Positions 61,174 to 64,000 of a DNA stretch of 64,000 nucleotides are shown piece after piece. The stretch is from an uncultured Roseovarius sp. Lineage in GTDB: Bacteria > Pseudomonadota > Alphaproteobacteria > Rhodobacterales > Rhodobacteraceae. Numbering within the stretch: position 1 is the first letter of the stretch; each line of letters starts with the position of its first letter. The DNA lies in NCBI GenBank assembly GCA_963422235.2, contig CAXMWV010000001.1, positions 174,228 to 238,227 of the forward strand. The letters are read 5' to 3'. The position numbers and the translations under genes were made by a program. Below the pieces are notes generated by a model that made no database searches, was not told where the DNA came from, and saw only the letters and a program-made list of their open reading frames with translations.

Positions 61174-62187
61174 TCAGCAGGTCTGGCCCTCAGGACGGAT
61201 GAGCGACCCCGAAAGATACGCCCGCGCCAACCGTGCCGTGGTTGCCGCGAAGCCCGGTGCCAGCTTCTGAGGTTCGGGCGCTTCGATATGGCTGCCGATC
61301 CAGGCCAGCAGCGCCATCCGCCGCAACATAATGAATGTGTCGATCTCGGCCTCTTCCTCGACAGATATCGCCCGCACAGACCGATACCCCCGCACCCAGG
61401 CCGCTTTCATTTCCGGCACGCGTGGGTCGTCTTCGATAAAGCTGATGGCGGCGGCGAAATCGTAGAGAAACCATCCCCAGCCGCAGTCGTCAAAATCAAT
61501 CACCTTGGTGCCGCCCGCGCCCACCAGCAGGTTCGCAAGTCGCATGTCGCCGTGGATCAGGTTGAACCGGTCGGGCGCTTTGCCGAAACGTTCCAGCCGC
61601 GCGCAGACGACCCGTTCCAGCTTTTCCAGCACGTCACGCACGTCTTGGTCCACTTCCGGTGCCTCGCGCCAGTTGCCCCATGTGGGCGCGTCGCCAAAAA
61701 CCGTTTCCGCGTCCCATGTCAGCCGCTGAAAATAATCAGGCTTTTGCCAACCGAGAACATGGTCGTGACATCGGGCCGCGATCTGACCCAGCTCTTCGAA
61801 CCCGGCCACAAGATCGCCGCCCTCATCCGGCGCGTGCCCATCCAAAAACTCAAACAGCACCATGAAACGCGGCTTGGGTAGGCCATCGACATGACCTTGC
61901 TGGATCGGCCCGCCATCACGGCCGGGAATGACGTTTGCGGTGGTGACCACACCCGCCGCCGCCAAGGCGGCTTGCCAGTCCAACTCGCACTCAATCGCGC
62001 GCTTGGTCTGATAGGCCTCGCGATGCACCCGCAGAACGGCGCGAAACCCATTCGGAGCCTCGATAAGATATGTCGTGTTCTCGGAGACGTTGATCAGCCG
62101 GGCCGTGGCCCCCTCGGGCAGATTCCAAAGCGGCAAAGACGCCTCAACCAGACGCTCCAGATGCCGCAGCAGTTCGGCCAGTTGCAT
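61174..62187 (-). CDS. Phosphotransferase (APH / homoserine-kinase-type-II-like family)
   Basis: LINVSENTTYLI N-lobe motif. Catalytic LIHGDMRLANLLV and IDFDDCG. ATG at 62187. Confidence 0.75.
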   Translation of the reverse strand: MQLAELLRHLERLVEASLPLWNLPEGATARLINVSENTTYLIEAPNGFRAVLRVHREAYQTKRAIECELDWQAALAAAGVVTTANVIPGRDGGPIQQGHVDGLPKPRFMVLFEFLDGHAPDEGGDLVAGFEELGQIAARCHDHVLGWQKPDYFQRLTWDAETVFGDAPTWGNWREAPEVDQDVRDVLEKLERVVCARLERFGKAPDRFNLIHGDMRLANLLVGAGGTKVIDFDDCGWGWFLYDFAAAISFIEDDPRVPEMKAAWVRGYRSVRAISVEEEAEIDTFIMLRRMALLAWIGSHIEAPEPQKLAPGFAATTARLARAYLSGSLIRPEGQTC

Positions 62188-62281
62188 GGCGCTTGTCCTG
62201 ATTCCATTCCACCTCTTGCCCTCTACGCAAAACGAACCGGCCCGCATAGCCGAAATTCACCGCGCAAAACCGCACACCCGG

Positions 62282-63841
62282 ATGACGCCGCGCATTGGCA
62301 CGCTACATCTGCGCCAACGGGAAAAGGAACGCCGCTTGCACGTCGTCTGGTTCAAACGCGATCTGCGCAGTCACGATCACCGCGCGCTGTCCATGGCAGC
62401 GGCACGGGGGGATGTGCTGCCGCTTTACGTAGTGGAGCCGGAACTTTGGGCAGAACCGGACATGTCTGGGCGGCAATGGGCCTTTGTGGAAGAGACACTG
62501 ACAGAGCTGCGCACTGATCTGGCGCATCTTGGGCAGCCGTTGATTGTTCGCGTCGGGGATGTGTGCGGCGTCCTTGCAGACCTCCGAAAGGCCGGGCTTC
62601 TGGATACGCTCTGGTCCCATGAAGAGACCGGCAATGACTGGACCTTTCGGCGCGATTTGAAGGTCGCCGCCTGGTGCAAGGTGCACGGAATTGCGTGGCA
62701 CGAGGTGCAGAACCATGGCGTGCAGCGACGGTTGGCCTCGCGCAATGGATGGGCGAAAAGCTGGGACGCGTTCATGGCAGAACCAGTGAGCTATGCCCCT
62801 GCCCTCAAACCGTTGGACATCGAACCCGGTGCGATTCCATCAGCGAAGGACTTGCACCTTGCCCCCGACCCCTGCCCCGATCGCCAGACGGGCGGGCGCA
62901 AGGCCGGGTTGGAACGGTTGGAAAGTTTCCTCTTCACGCGGGGAGAAAGCTACCGCAGCGCCATGTCGTCTCCTGTGTCCGGGGCGGAGGCGTGCTCTCG
63001 CCTGTCCCCATATCTCGCGTGGGGCGCGCTTTCGATGCGGGAGGTGGCGCAGGATACGTGGGCGCGCAAAGTCGAGGTGAAAGGTCAAAAGGGCTGGGCG
63101 GGGTCCATACGGTCTTTCGAGGGACGCCTGCACTGGCATTGCCACTTCATGCAAAAGCTTGAAGACGACCCGAGGATTGAGTTCCAGAACTTCCACCGTG
63201 CCTATGACGGCGTTCGACCGTCTGCCCCGGATGAGGCGCGCCTGACGGCTTGGGCCAATGGCGAAACCGGCCTGCCGTTCCTGGACGCTTGTATGCGCTC
63301 CTTGCGCGCCACTGGATGGTTGAACTTCCGCATGCGGGCCATGGTGATGGCGACGGCGAGCTACCACCTCTGGCTCGACTGGCGCGCGCCGGGGTTGGTA
63401 TTGGCGCGCTACTTCACCGATTATGAGCCGGGCATTCACTGGAGCCAGGCGCAGATGCAGTCAGGCACCACGGGCATCAACACGGTGCGCATCTACAACC
63501 CCGTCAAACAGGGCCAGGATCAGGACCCGACGGGGGTTTTCACGCGAAAATGGGTGCCGGAACTCAACGACATCGCTGACAAGCACCTGCAAGAGCCTTG
63601 GAAAGCCGAGAATGCGGGCGACGTGCTGGGCAAGCGATATCCTGAGCGGATCGTTGATCATCTGGTTGCGGCGCGCGAGGCGCGGGAGGAAATCTGGGCC
63701 GTGCGGCGCGGCGATGATTTCCGGTCCGAGGCGGCGGGCATTCAGGCCAAGCATGGCAGCCGCAAAAGCGGCATCCCGAACCGGGGTCAGCGCCGCAAAC
63801 CCGCAAAGACGGCGCAGCTCGATCTGCCCTTGGGCGATTGA
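62282..63841 (+). CDS. Cryptochrome/photolyase family protein (FAD-binding)
   Basis: N-terminal VVWFKRDLRSHDHRAL, SRLSPYLAWGALSMREV and RIYNPVKQGQDQDPTGVFTRKWVPEL motifs. ATG at 62282. Confidence 0.8.
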   Translation: MTPRIGTLHLRQREKERRLHVVWFKRDLRSHDHRALSMAAARGDVLPLYVVEPELWAEPDMSGRQWAFVEETLTELRTDLAHLGQPLIVRVGDVCGVLADLRKAGLLDTLWSHEETGNDWTFRRDLKVAAWCKVHGIAWHEVQNHGVQRRLASRNGWAKSWDAFMAEPVSYAPALKPLDIEPGAIPSAKDLHLAPDPCPDRQTGGRKAGLERLESFLFTRGESYRSAMSSPVSGAEACSRLSPYLAWGALSMREVAQDTWARKVEVKGQKGWAGSIRSFEGRLHWHCHFMQKLEDDPRIEFQNFHRAYDGVRPSAPDEARLTAWANGETGLPFLDACMRSLRATGWLNFRMRAMVMATASYHLWLDWRAPGLVLARYFTDYEPGIHWSQAQMQSGTTGINTVRIYNPVKQGQDQDPTGVFTRKWVPELNDIADKHLQEPWKAENAGDVLGKRYPERIVDHLVAAREAREEIWAVRRGDDFRSEAAGIQAKHGSRKSGIPNRGQRRKPAKTAQLDLPLGD

Positions 63842-63853
63842 CAGGGGGAATGC

Positions 63854-63994
63854 ATGGCCAAGATGCGCAAGAAATCTGATCTGCCGACGAAGGTCTGCCC
63901 GGCCTGCGGCAAGCCATTCACCTGGCGCAAGAAATGGGCGAAGGTCTGGGACGAGGTGCGCTATTGCTCTGAGCGATGTCGGCGCGCCAAATAA
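63854..63994 (+). CDS. 46-aa four-cysteine zinc-ribbon-like mini-protein (DUF2256-like)
   Basis: Hand translation gives [50 protein letters not shown]...CSERC pattern. 12 nt downstream of the photolyase-family gene. Confidence 0.65.
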   Translation: MAKMRKKSDLPTKVCPACGKPFTWRKKWAKVWDEVRYCSERCRRAK

Positions 63995-64000
63995 TCAGGC

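Overview
A 64-kb chromosomal window from a high-GC alphaproteobacterium. A Rhodobacteraceae (roseobacter-type) origin is my inference from gene content: lpxI, an aqpS-type ars operon, a GAAC-N7-GAAC SOS box, a CtrA box and Hint_2-type proteins. Most of it is densely packed housekeeping DNA. Recognisable genes and clusters: the pyrH-frr-uppS-cdsA-rseP-bamA-skp-fabZ-lpxA-lpxI-lpxB envelope cluster, recA, alaS, tyrS, typA, guaB, the xseB-ispA-dxs operon, aroK-aroB, xerD, ssb, miaA, mmsA, and an arsR-arsC-aqpS-arsC-arsH arsenic operon. I saw no rRNA, tRNA, CRISPR array, IS element or prophage. The parts housekeeping does not explain are: (1) three tandem paralogous Hint (bacterial intein-like) genes at 10.7-13.9 kb, with diverged N-terminal modules and nearly identical Cys-initiated processing modules and tails; (2) two orphan Flp-like pilin genes with a variant processing motif; (3) a CckA-like hybrid histidine kinase split by an apparent frameshift, downstream of a perfect CtrA box; (4) two paralogous small secreted two-cysteine proteins behind a 336-bp AT-rich leader; (5) a low-GC orphan secreted protein between guaB and an agmatinase-family gene; (6) a kinase/aminotransferase/kinase cluster and a photolyase-family gene paired with a 46-aa four-Cys mini-protein. 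All calls come from reading the translations and DNA by eye. No database search was run.
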